A DNA stretch of 64,000 bases from an uncultured beta proteobacterium (GTDB lineage: Bacteria > Pseudomonadota > Gammaproteobacteria > Burkholderiales > SG8-41), in assembly GCA_963699525.1 (NCBI GenBank), contig CAVOUI010000014.1, positions 26,938 through 90,937 of the forward strand, written 5' to 3'. The position numbers and the translations under genes are program-made. Each line of letters begins with the position of its first letter. The first letter of the stretch is position 1. Shown piece by piece: positions 28,720 through 37,525 of this stretch. The notes beneath the pieces were generated by a model, which was not told where the DNA came from, did no database searches, and was given only the letters and a program-made list of their open reading frames with translations.

Positions 28720-28818
28720 GGCATCTCCTTCAATTTCGTTGAATTGGAAATCCGCCTCCGGATGATCGGGGGCTCAATGGCTGGGACAGCGGCGAAAATT
28801 CGCCCGTTCCGCCTCGCC

Positions 28819-28835
28819 GTGTAACACTTTGTAAG
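28819..28835. promoter_or_regulatory. Putative OmpR/CpxR-type direct-repeat box
   Basis: GTGTAACACTTTGTAAG, half-sites 10 bp apart, upstream of the spy-like gene; similar site at 36242. Confidence 0.45.
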
Positions 28836-28885
28836 CGGCAGGGATTGAGTGACAATGTGCGCAGGCAGCTAATAGGGGAGGCGCC

Positions 28886-29875
28886 ATGACCCGGGAGACC
28901 AAAGCAATACGCAAACATTTCATTGCGGCGCTCGGCGCCGCGGCCCTTGCATGCGCCGCTGCTGCGCCGGCGCAAACCTACCCGTCGCGCCCCGTCGAGT
29001 TTATCGTGCACGTCAACCCCGGCGGCGGCACCGACGTGTTCGCGCGCCTGGTGACCGAGATCATGACCCGGGAAAAGATGGTTACGCAGCCGCTCGTCGT
29101 GCAGAGCCGCACCGGCGGCGCCGGCGTGGTCGCGTTCACCTACGCGAAAAGCAAGCGCGGCGACCCGCACACCGTGCTGACGATCGCGACCGGCTCGTTC
29201 CTGACGGCGGCGTCGCGCCCCGACCTCGACCTCGGGCTCGAGCATTTCACGCCGCTCGCCTTCTTCGCGCGCGACCCGCAGGGAATCATCGTCAATGCCG
29301 ACTCGAAGTACCGGAACTTCAAGGACCTGATCGACGACGCAAAGGGCCAACCCGACGCGATCGTATGCGCCGTGACCTCGGCGACCGGCACCGGGCGCCA
29401 GACGCTGTGGCGCCTGGAGCGGGAAACCGGCACGCGCTTCAAGTTCGTCACGTTCAAGGCGGGCTCGGAAGCCGTGCTCTCGGTGCTGGGCGGCCACGTG
29501 CCGTTCACCACCGAGAACGTGAGCGAGGCGTGGGCGCACATCGAGGCGAAGAAAATGCGCGTCCTGGCGGTGACGACCGAGCAGCGCATGCCCGCGCTGC
29601 CCGACGTGCCGACGCTGACCGAGCTCGGCTACAAGGTCCAGATCGGCACCGGGCGCGGCTTCGTCATGCCCGCCGGCGTGCCGAAGGAGGCGGCCGCGGC
29701 AATGGAGGCGCTGCTCGAGAAAGTGCACAAGAGCGAACGCTGGCGGGAATACGCGGTGAACAACCTCTACGAGAACCGCTGGATGGGCAGCGCGGAATTC
29801 ACGCGCTACCTCGCCGAGCAGCGCGAGGCGCAACGGGAATTCGTCGAATCCCTCGGCCTCGGCAAGAAACCCTGA
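28886..29875 (+). CDS. TctC/Bug substrate-binding protein (divergent, TctC-like subtype)
   Basis: YPSRPVEFIV..NPGGGTDVFAR, TGGAG, VLGGHV, PDVPTLTELG. Confidence 0.9.
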   Translation: MTRETKAIRKHFIAALGAAALACAAAAPAQTYPSRPVEFIVHVNPGGGTDVFARLVTEIMTREKMVTQPLVVQSRTGGAGVVAFTYAKSKRGDPHTVLTIATGSFLTAASRPDLDLGLEHFTPLAFFARDPQGIIVNADSKYRNFKDLIDDAKGQPDAIVCAVTSATGTGRQTLWRLERETGTRFKFVTFKAGSEAVLSVLGGHVPFTTENVSEAWAHIEAKKMRVLAVTTEQRMPALPDVPTLTELGYKVQIGTGRGFVMPAGVPKEAAAAMEALLEKVHKSERWREYAVNNLYENRWMGSAEFTRYLAEQREAQREFVESLGLGKKP

Positions 29876-29885
29876 GCGTTGCTCC

Positions 29886-30866
29886 TCAATCCGCCTGGAT
29901 GCCGGCGTCGCGGGCGACTTTCGCCCACTTGACGAGCTCGCTCTGGATGTAGCGGGTGAATTCGTCCGGCGAGCTTGCCACCGTATCGGCGCCGTCGGTT
30001 GCGAACCGCGTCTTGATCTCGGGCTGCTTGAGGATGGCGCTCGTCTCCGTATAGAGCCGGTTGACGATCTCCCTCGGCGTCTTCGCGGGGGCCAGCATGC
30101 CGTACCACTGCACGGACTCGTAGCCCGGCAGCCCCGCCTCGGCCACGGTGGGAATTTCAGGGGCGACGCTGGAGCGCGCGAGGCTGGTGATGCCCAATGG
30201 CCGCAGGCGCCCGCTGCGGATGTGCGGCATGCCGGTCAGCACGGTCGCGGCCATCGTCGAAACCTGCCCGGCGAGCATGTCGATCATCGCGGGAGCCGTG
30301 CCCTTGTACGGGATGTGCACCATCTTCAGCTTGGCCATCGAGAGGAAGAGCTCCATCGTCATGTGCGGGTAGGTGCCGGTGCCCGCCGACGCGTAGTTCA
30401 ACTGGCCGGGACGCGCGCGCGAGAACGCGATCAGCTCCTTCAGCGTCTTCACCGGCACCGAGGGGTGCACGACGATGATGCTCGCCGAGGACACCGCCTG
30501 CGTGATCGGCGCGAAGTCGTGCTGCGGATCGTAGGGGACCTTCTTGTAGAGCGCCGAGTTGATCGCCAGCGTCGAGAGACCCATCAGGACCGTGTAGCCG
30601 TCGGCCGGAGATTTCGCCGCGACCTCGATGCCGATCATGGTGCCCGCGCCGGGACGGTTGTCGATGACGACCTGCTGGCCGAGGCGCTTCGAGAGCTCCG
30701 GCGCGAGGATGCGGGCGACGATGTCGGTTCCGCCGCCGGCCGAAGACGGCACGATCATCCGCACCGGCTTGGTGGGATAGGCCTGTCCTGAACTCGTCGC
30801 GGGAACGGCGCCGCGGTCGCGGCGAGCGACCGCGCAGGCGATGCGTGCGAGGGCAACGGGGTTCAT
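29886..30866 (-). CDS. Bug/TctC substrate-binding protein
   Basis: YPTKPVRMIVPSSAGGGTD..AR, DNRPGAG, HIPYKG, PTVAEAGLPGY; GAGGAGG RBS. Confidence 0.92.
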   Translation of the reverse strand: MNPVALARIACAVARRDRGAVPATSSGQAYPTKPVRMIVPSSAGGGTDIVARILAPELSKRLGQQVVIDNRPGAGTMIGIEVAAKSPADGYTVLMGLSTLAINSALYKKVPYDPQHDFAPITQAVSSASIIVVHPSVPVKTLKELIAFSRARPGQLNYASAGTGTYPHMTMELFLSMAKLKMVHIPYKGTAPAMIDMLAGQVSTMAATVLTGMPHIRSGRLRPLGITSLARSSVAPEIPTVAEAGLPGYESVQWYGMLAPAKTPREIVNRLYTETSAILKQPEIKTRFATDGADTVASSPDEFTRYIQSELVKWAKVARDAGIQAD

Positions 30867-30943
30867 GAAGGCCTCCTCCTCGTGTTTTGCGTAATGTATA
30901 TCATAGAGCCCGCACGATTCCATCAAGAGGACGAGCCACGGAT

Positions 30944-31693
30944 ATGAGCGGACAACTGGAAGGGAAAGTCGCACTCGTCACCGGCGCGGTGCGCCGCAAC
31001 GGACGCGCCATCGCGCATGCGCTCGCGCGCGAGGGCGCCGACGTCGTGATCAACACGCGCCGGTCGCGCGACGAGGCGGAAAAGGTGCGCGCCGAGATCG
31101 AGCGCATCGGCCGCAAGTCGCTGGTGTGCGTCGCCGACATCACCGACGAGAACGCGGTCAGAAGGATGTTCGACGAGATTGCCGCGAAATTCGGGCGCCT
31201 GGACATCCTGGTCAACAACGCCGCCGACCGCGGCATCACGCCCTTCACCGAGATGACGACCGCGCAGTGGCGACAAATCCTCGACATCGTCCTCGACGGC
31301 TCGTTCTTCTGCTCGCGCGCCGCGATCCCGCACATGCTGAAAAACGGCTGGGGCCGCATCGTCAACATCAGCGGTCTGAGCCACCACGCGCCGAACTACC
31401 TCGGGCGGGTGCACGTCAGCACCGCGAAGGCGGGGCTGGAGGGATTCACGCGCGGGCTCGCGGCCGAGTTCGCGAAGCGCAACATCACGGTCAACTGCGT
31501 GTGCCCGGGCCGCATCGGCGGCGAGCGCTCCACGACCTCACATGAGATGCCCGACCCCGGCATGGTGCCGCCGGTGGGCCACCTGGGCGTTTCGGAGGAC
31601 ATCGCCGGTGCGGTGCACTACCTGTGCCTGCCGGGCTCCGGTTTCGTCACCGGCCACACGCTGCACGTCAACGGCGGGCAGATCCTGCTGTGA
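30944..31693 (+). CDS. SDR-family oxidoreductase, atypical (no catalytic Tyr)
   Basis: VALVTGAVRRNG, LDILVNNA, HVSTAK in place of YxxxK, VNCVCPG, VTG.TLHVNGG. Confidence 0.88.
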   Translation: MSGQLEGKVALVTGAVRRNGRAIAHALAREGADVVINTRRSRDEAEKVRAEIERIGRKSLVCVADITDENAVRRMFDEIAAKFGRLDILVNNAADRGITPFTEMTTAQWRQILDIVLDGSFFCSRAAIPHMLKNGWGRIVNISGLSHHAPNYLGRVHVSTAKAGLEGFTRGLAAEFAKRNITVNCVCPGRIGGERSTTSHEMPDPGMVPPVGHLGVSEDIAGAVHYLCLPGSGFVTGHTLHVNGGQILL

Positions 31694-31882
31694 AGCCTAT
31701 TGCGCCTGGATGCCGAGCGCGATTTCACGATCTCCGCGAGTGCCTGGTTGAGCTGATTGACTGCGGCACGCGGCGTCCCATCGGTCCCGTCGGCCAGCTC
31801 TGCGCGACGGCGACGGCAGGCAGAAGGCAGAGAGCTAAGTCAGAAGGCGGACCAGGTCATCCTTCCGCCTTCATGCTTGCGG

Positions 31883-32638
31883 TTAGAACATCTGCTGGCC
31901 GCCGTCCACGTAGATCAGCTGTCCGCTGATCATCTTCGATCCGGGGCCGCACAGGAAGCGCACCGTGTCGGCGATTTCCTCCGGCTCGACGCGGCGCCCG
32001 AGCGGCACGTTGGACACGTCGGGCCGCGCCGAGCGGTCCGTCGCGCGCGCGGTGTTCATCTGCCCCGGGGCGACGCAGTTGACCCGGACCTGGTGCTCGC
32101 CGAGCTCCTTGGCGAGCGCCCGCGTGAAGCCGTAGAGCCCGAACTTGCCGACCGATCCGTGCACCCTCCGCTTCGCGCCGGAGAGCGCCGTCATGCCGCC
32201 GAGGGTGACGATCGCGCCGCCGCCCGCCTTGACCATGTGCGGCAGGCAGGCTTTGACGCAATGGAAGGATCCGTCCAGCGTGACCGAGGTGAGGGCCTTC
32301 CACTCATCGAAGCTCATGTCGATGAAGGGGGTCTCTTTGCGCACCGAAGCGTTCAGCACGAGGATGTCCAGGCGGCCGAAGCGCTTGACGATGCCTTCGA
32401 CCATCGCGTTCACCGCTTTCGCATCCACGATGTCGGCCATGAATACCTCGGCCTTCCCGCCCGCGCCGCGGATCTCCTGGGCGACCTTTTCGGCGTCCTC
32501 GCGCGAGGTGCGCGCGTTGACCGCGACGGCGGCGCCGCCCGCCGCGAGCGCAAGCGCGATGGCGCGCCCGATGTTGCGCGAGGCGCCGGTGACGAGCGCC
32601 GTCTTGCCCGCCAGTTCGGCGGAGGGTGCTGTTGCCAT
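31883..32638 (-). CDS. SDR-family oxidoreductase, atypical (no catalytic Tyr)
   Basis: TALVTGASRNIG, LDILVLNA, HGSVGK in place of YxxxK, VNCVAPG, ISGQ.IYVDGG. Confidence 0.88.
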   Translation of the reverse strand: MATAPSAELAGKTALVTGASRNIGRAIALALAAGGAAVAVNARTSREDAEKVAQEIRGAGGKAEVFMADIVDAKAVNAMVEGIVKRFGRLDILVLNASVRKETPFIDMSFDEWKALTSVTLDGSFHCVKACLPHMVKAGGGAIVTLGGMTALSGAKRRVHGSVGKFGLYGFTRALAKELGEHQVRVNCVAPGQMNTARATDRSARPDVSNVPLGRRVEPEEIADTVRFLCGPGSKMISGQLIYVDGGQQMF

Positions 32639-32762
32639 GAGGGTTTCTTTCCTTCCGATGGATGGGAGGGGAAGGATAACTGATTCCGGATGCGGCGGTC
32701 GCTTCTCGCTTCGGGGGTTTCCCATTACCATTGCCCGTACTGCAACCGTGGGGAGGGCGTCC

Positions 32763-33728
32763 GTGAAAGCGCTGCATCGGATCATCGGCGGGCTCGCCGT
32801 CGCGCTACTGGCCTCCGTCGGGGCCGCGCAGGACTACCCCGTGAAGCCGATCCGGGTAATCCTGTCGGTGCCGGCCGGGGCGACGCCGGACGTGACGGCG
32901 CGCCTGGTGACCCCCGGCCTCGCGAGCGCTCTCGGCCAGCCGATGGTCGTGGACAACCGGGGCGGGGCAGGCGGGCTGATCGGCGCCGAGATCGTGGCGA
33001 AGGCCGCCCCCGACGGCTACACGGTGTTCATCAGCAGCCCCGGCGCGCTGACGATCCTGCCGCACCTGCGCAAGGTGCCCTACGACACGCTGAAGGATTT
33101 CACGCCGGTCGGCCTGATCTCGGTGGGGCCGTTCGCGCTGATCGTCCATCCGTCGCTGCCTGTGGATTCAGTCAAGGCGCTGATCGCGCTCGCGAAGGCG
33201 CAGCCGGGCAAGCTCAACTGCGCCTCGGCCGGAAACGGCGTCGCCAATCACCTCGCCCTGGAGCTCTTCAAGCAGATGGCGGGGGTCGACATCACGCACG
33301 TGCCCTACAAGGGGGCGCCGCAGGCGGTGACCGACGTCCTGGCGGGACACATGGACATGACGTTCAACTCGATCGCGCCGGTCCTCGCGCACATCCGGGC
33401 AGGACGGATGAGGGCGCTCGGCGTCGCGAGCGCGCAGCGCTCGTCGCAGCTTCCCGAGGTGCCGACGATCAGCGAGGCGGGGGTGCCGGGATTCGAAGCG
33501 GAGAACTGGTTCGGGATGTTCGTGCCGGCGCATACCCCGCCGCGCATCGTCGCGCGCCTGAGCGATGCGCTGGTCAAGGTCGTGCGCTCTCCGGAAATCC
33601 GGAAGCAGTTCGCGGCGCTGGGCGCCGACGCCGTGGGCAGCAGCCCCGGGGAATTCGCCGCGTTCGTCCGCCGCGACATGGAAAAATACGCGCGAGTCGT
33701 CAGGCTCTCCGGCGCCAAGCTCGACTGA
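32763..33728 (+). CDS. Bug/TctC substrate-binding protein
   Basis: YPVKPIRVI..PAGATPD..AR, DNRGGAGG, APDGYT, HVPYKG; GTG start. Confidence 0.92.
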   Translation: MKALHRIIGGLAVALLASVGAAQDYPVKPIRVILSVPAGATPDVTARLVTPGLASALGQPMVVDNRGGAGGLIGAEIVAKAAPDGYTVFISSPGALTILPHLRKVPYDTLKDFTPVGLISVGPFALIVHPSLPVDSVKALIALAKAQPGKLNCASAGNGVANHLALELFKQMAGVDITHVPYKGAPQAVTDVLAGHMDMTFNSIAPVLAHIRAGRMRALGVASAQRSSQLPEVPTISEAGVPGFEAENWFGMFVPAHTPPRIVARLSDALVKVVRSPEIRKQFAALGADAVGSSPGEFAAFVRRDMEKYARVVRLSGAKLD

Positions 33729-33791
33729 GCCCGCCGCCGCATTGCCGTGACTGCGGGCCGCAACGGCCCGTTCAGCCAGAGGGAGGAGAGC

Positions 33792-34764
33792 ATGGGAAAG
33801 AACGCCCGCGTCGTGATCGCGCTCGCCGCGGTCTGCCTGGCCTGCCCGGTTCCCGCCGTCGCCCAGCAGTGGCCCGACCGGACCGTGCGCATCGTGGTGC
33901 CGTTCCCGCCCGGCGGCGGGATCGACATCCAGGGCCGCGTGTTCTCGGCCGTGTTCCAGAAGAGCATGGGACAGAACTTCATCGTCGACAACCGCACCGG
34001 CGCGAGCGGCCTGATCGGGACCCAGCACGTCGTGGAGTCGGCCCCGGACGGCTACACGCTCCTCTTCACGTCGGGCATCCTCTCCGTGGTCGTCACGCTC
34101 CTCGCCCGGCACGTGAAATTCGACGTGCACAACGACCTCGCGCCGGTGAGCTGGGTCTCCTCCACGCCGCTGGTGCTTTCCGTACACCCGAGCGTCCCGG
34201 CAATGTCCGTGAAGGAGCTGGTGGCGCTGGCGAAGCGCGTGCCCAAGCCGATGAACGCGGCCGGCAACGCAGCGGGCACCACCTCGCATCTCACCGCCGA
34301 GATGTTCAACCAGGCCGTCGGGATCAAGTCGACCGTCGTCAACTACCGCGGCGGCGGCCCGGCGGTCATCGCGCTGATCTCCGGAGAAGTGGATTACCTC
34401 TTCGCGACGGCGCCCTCGATCATGCCGCATCTCAGGACCGGCAAGGCGCGGGCGCTCGCGGTGACGACTCCCAAGCGCGTCCTCGGCGCTGCCGGAGCTG
34501 CCGACGATGAACTCGATCTATCCCGGCTTCGAGTCGGACAACTGGTACGCGATGCTCTACCCGAAGGGCACGCCGAAACCGATCATCGACAAGATGAACG
34601 CGGAGATCCGCAAGGCGCTCGACACGCCCGAAGTGAAGGCGTTCTTTCCGAAGGAGGCCCTCGATCCCGTGGCGAGCAGCCCGGAGGAGCTGTCGGCGCT
34701 GCTCAGGCGCGAAGTCGAGAAATACGCGAAGGTGATCCGCGCGGCGAATATCCGGGTGGATTGA
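33792..34764 (+). CDS. Bug/TctC substrate-binding protein (apparent frameshift near 34480)
   Basis: WPDRTVRIVVPFPPGG, PDGYTLL; C-terminus in ORF 34507..34764 (NWYAML.PKGTP..II). Confidence 0.9.
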
Positions 34765-34766
34765 TC

Positions 34767-35195
34767 ATGATCGACTGGACCCATTTCACGCCCTGGAGCT
34801 CGCTCGCCGGCGGCATCCTGATCGGTGTCGCCGCCGCCATGCTCGTGCTCCTGAACGGGCGCATCGCGGGGGTGAGCGGGATCATCGGCGGGGTGCTGCG
34901 GCCGGCGCGCGGGGACATGGCGTGGCGCCTGGCCTTCATCATTGGCCTGCTCGCGGCGCCGGTAGTCTATCGCCTCATGACCGTTCCGTCCCCGCCGACG
35001 ATCGAGGCGGGCTACCCCGTGCTCGTGCTGGCGGGGCTCCTGGTCGGCGCCGGCACCCGCTACGGCTCCGGCTGCACGGCCGGGCACGTTTTCTGCGGGC
35101 TGTCGCGCCTGTCGCCGCGCTCGCTCGCGGCAACCCTTGCGTTCATGCTCGCCGGATTCGCGACGGTGTACGCCGTCCGCCACCTGGTGGCCTGA
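34767..35195 (+). CDS. YeeE/YedE-family sulfur-compound transport protein (half-size, PmpA/B-like)
   Basis: FTPWSSLAGGILIG..NGRIAGVSG...GTRYGSGCT.GH..CGLSRLSPRS. Confidence 0.88.
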   Translation: MIDWTHFTPWSSLAGGILIGVAAAMLVLLNGRIAGVSGIIGGVLRPARGDMAWRLAFIIGLLAAPVVYRLMTVPSPPTIEAGYPVLVLAGLLVGAGTRYGSGCTAGHVFCGLSRLSPRSLAATLAFMLAGFATVYAVRHLVA

Positions 35196-35205
35196 GGGAA
35201 CCGCG

Positions 35206-35676
35206 ATGAACGCAGTGAGCGCGCTCGTGGCCGGACTGCTCTTCGGCATCGGACTGATCGTTTCCGGCATGACCGATCCGTCCAAGATCATCGGGTTCCT
35301 CGATCTCGCCGGCGCGTGGGACCCGTCGCTCGCGTTCGTGATGGGGGGAGCGGTACTGGTCGGCCTCATCGCTTTTCGTTTCGCGCGCGGGCGCAGGGCG
35401 TCGTTCCTCGGCGGTGCGATGGTGCTTCCGGCCGCCCGGCAGATTGACTCGCCGCTGATCCTCGGCAGCCTCGCGTTCGGGGTGGGCTGGGGCCTTGCTG
35501 GCTATTGTCCCGGCCCGGCGATCGTGGCGTATGGCTCGGGCCAGGACAAGGCCGTGGTGTTCGTGGTCGCGATGATCGCCGGGATGGCGCTCTACGAAGC
35601 CGCGGACCGGCGGTTCCACGCCCGGCGCCGGAGACGGGTGCCGCGCGAGCTCTCGGACGTCGCCGGCGACGGCTGA
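35206..35676 (+). CDS. YeeE/YedE-family partner protein
   Basis: GLLFGIGLIVSGMTDPSKIIGFLD..GAWDPSL...FGVGWGLAGYCPGP. Confidence 0.88.
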   Translation: MNAVSALVAGLLFGIGLIVSGMTDPSKIIGFLDLAGAWDPSLAFVMGGAVLVGLIAFRFARGRRASFLGGAMVLPAARQIDSPLILGSLAFGVGWGLAGYCPGPAIVAYGSGQDKAVVFVVAMIAGMALYEAADRRFHARRRRRVPRELSDVAGDG

Positions 35677-35691
35677 GCGGCGGCGTACAGA

Positions 35692-35717
35692 CAAAGGGCA
35701 GCCGAGGCTGCCCTTTG
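35692..35717. terminator. Probable bidirectional intrinsic terminator
   Basis: Perfect stem CAAAGGGCAGC-cgag-GCTGCCCTTTG between convergent genes. Confidence 0.75.
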
Positions 35718-35737
35718 CTTATTGCCTGTAGCGCCGG

Positions 35738-36175
35738 CTACAGGCCGCTGCCGATCACGCCGCCGACGACTGCGCCAATTGCCGTTGCCGCGGTGCGCCC
35801 GTTGCCGCCGCCGAACTGGCTGCCGATCGCGGCGCCGATGATGGCCCCGCCCAGCGTGCCCAGCGCGCGATCGGATACGGGCCCGGCGTAGACCGGTGCG
35901 GGAGGGACGGGCGGCGCGGCGTAGTAGACGGGACGCTCGACGTACACCGGGCGCTCAACGTACACCGGGCGCTCCACGATCACCGTCCGCCGGACGACGA
36001 CCGGCTCCCTGACCACGACCTCGCGCACTACCGGCCGGTGCTTCACCACGACCACGCGTTCCGCGTTGTGGCGGTTGCCGTGCGCCGGAGCCCAGCGCGG
36101 AGGATCCGCGAATGCGGGCGCCGCCGCGGCGAGCGTGCCTGCTGCCAACGTGAGAATCATCTTCCGTGCGTTCAT
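35738..36175 (-). CDS. Exported glycine-zipper 2TM domain protein with Pro/Val-rich repeats
   Basis: Signal peptide, PPRWAPAHG, (ERPVY)x3, GAIIGAAIGSQFGGGNGRTAATAIGAVVGG; AAGGAGG RBS. Confidence 0.85.
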   Translation of the reverse strand: MNARKMILTLAAGTLAAAAPAFADPPRWAPAHGNRHNAERVVVVKHRPVVREVVVREPVVVRRTVIVERPVYVERPVYVERPVYYAAPPVPPAPVYAGPVSDRALGTLGGAIIGAAIGSQFGGGNGRTAATAIGAVVGGVIGSGL

Positions 36176-36241
36176 GGCGTCCTCCTTTCAAGGTTGCCTG
36201 AGGCTTAGAACGCCGATACCCCGTCCTGAGTGCACGCCACT

Positions 36242-36280
36242 GTGCAACAGGGTGTAAGGCGTGTAACGGCGTTGTTACAA
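36242..36280. promoter_or_regulatory. Putative OmpR/CpxR-type direct-repeat box cluster
   Basis: GTGCAACAGGGTGTAAG plus extra TGTAAC and GTTACA half-sites in a divergent promoter. Confidence 0.45.
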
Positions 36281-36289
36281 TTCCGGGGC

Positions 36290-37525
36290 GTGAAAATCAC
36301 ACAAAACGGCTCGAAGCCTTCGTTCGCCGCGCTCCGTCACGGCGATTTCCGTATCTACCTGGTGGCGACCTCCGCCGCGATGATGGCGGACAACATCGAG
36401 CACGTCATCAGCTACTGGGTGATGTTCGAGCAGTTCCGCTCGCCGGCCCTTGCCGGATTCGCGGTGCTCTCGCATTGGTTGCCGTTCCTGTTTCTCTCGG
36501 TCTATTTCGGGGCGCTGGCGGACCGCTTCGACTCGCGGCGCATCATCCAGATCGCGATGCTCCTCTACATGGGGGTGTCGCTCGCCTGGGCCGTGCTGTT
36601 CTACACGGAGACGATCGAGGTGTGGCATGCCGCCGTGCTGCTCGTCATCCACGGGATCGCCGGCGTGCTGTGGGCGCCTGCAAGCCAGCTGCTGATTCAC
36701 GACATCGTGGGCCGCGACAACCTGGTGAGCGCGGTACGGCTGAACGCGACCGGGCGCCAGTTCGGCGTGTTTCTCGGCCCGGCAGTCGGCGGCGGGCTCA
36801 TGCTCGCGCTCGGCCCGGCGGCCGGCCTCATCGCGAACGTCCTCATCTACCTGCCGCTCACCTGGTGGCTGTGGAAGGTGCCGTACGGCGCAAGGCACCA
36901 CCGGGCCGGCGCGCCGGTGACGGGCGGCGGTTTCGGGGACGCGCTCCAGGTCATGCGCGAGGTCTCGGGCAACCGCACCATCCTGTCGATGATTCTGCTG
37001 GCGGGCATTTCCTCGCTGCTGGTCGGCAACGCGTTCCTTGCGCAAATGCCCGAGTACGCGCACGACCTCGGCACGGAGAAGGCGGATTTTTCCTACGCCG
37101 TGCTGCTCGCCGCCAACGCGGCGGGCGCATTCGTGGGCGGCATGTTCCTCGAGGCAAGGGGGTTTCTGCGCGCGACGCCCCTGACCGCGATCGTCCTGAG
37201 CATCATCTGGTGCTTCATCGTCGCCGGCTTTGCCGCCGCCCAGAACTATCACCTGGCCATCGTCCTCATGTTCGTGGCCGGGTTCCTCTACCTTGCCTAC
37301 AGCTCGATGGCGCAGGCGATGGTCCAGCTTGAGGCGCCTGCCCACCTGCGCGGCCGGCTGATCGGGCTCTACCAGATGTCCAACAACGGGCTGCGCGCGT
37401 TCAGCGGCATCACCGTCGGCCTGCTCGGGAGTCTCATCGGAATACACTGGTCCCTCGCGCTGAGCTCCGTTCTGCTGCTCGGCGTCACCGTCGTCCTGCT
37501 CGCGTTCTCGATGCGGACGGCGTGA
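36290..37525 (+). CDS. MFS transporter
   Basis: FAALRHGDFR.Y, GALADRFDSRR motif A, ~12 hydrophobic segments, LRGR.IGLY. Confidence 0.9.
   Translation: MKITQNGSKPSFAALRHGDFRIYLVATSAAMMADNIEHVISYWVMFEQFRSPALAGFAVLSHWLPFLFLSVYFGALADRFDSRRIIQIAMLLYMGVSLAWAVLFYTETIEVWHAAVLLVIHGIAGVLWAPASQLLIHDIVGRDNLVSAVRLNATGRQFGVFLGPAVGGGLMLALGPAAGLIANVLIYLPLTWWLWKVPYGARHHRAGAPVTGGGFGDALQVMREVSGNRTILSMILLAGISSLLVGNAFLAQMPEYAHDLGTEKADFSYAVLLAANAAGAFVGGMFLEARGFLRATPLTAIVLSIIWCFIVAGFAAAQNYHLAIVLMFVAGFLYLAYSSMAQAMVQLEAPAHLRGRLIGLYQMSNNGLRAFSGITVGLLGSLIGIHWSLALSSVLLLGVTVVLLAFSMRTA

Noticed and set aside
33747-35195. 482-aa Bug-YeeE fusion ORF
   Set aside because: The Bug C-terminus is intact in another frame (34507-34764), so the fusion comes from an indel.
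35925-35976. 18-bp tandem repeat as a CRISPR or VNTR element
   Set aside because: It encodes the ERPVYV peptide repeats of the glycine-zipper protein and has no spacers.
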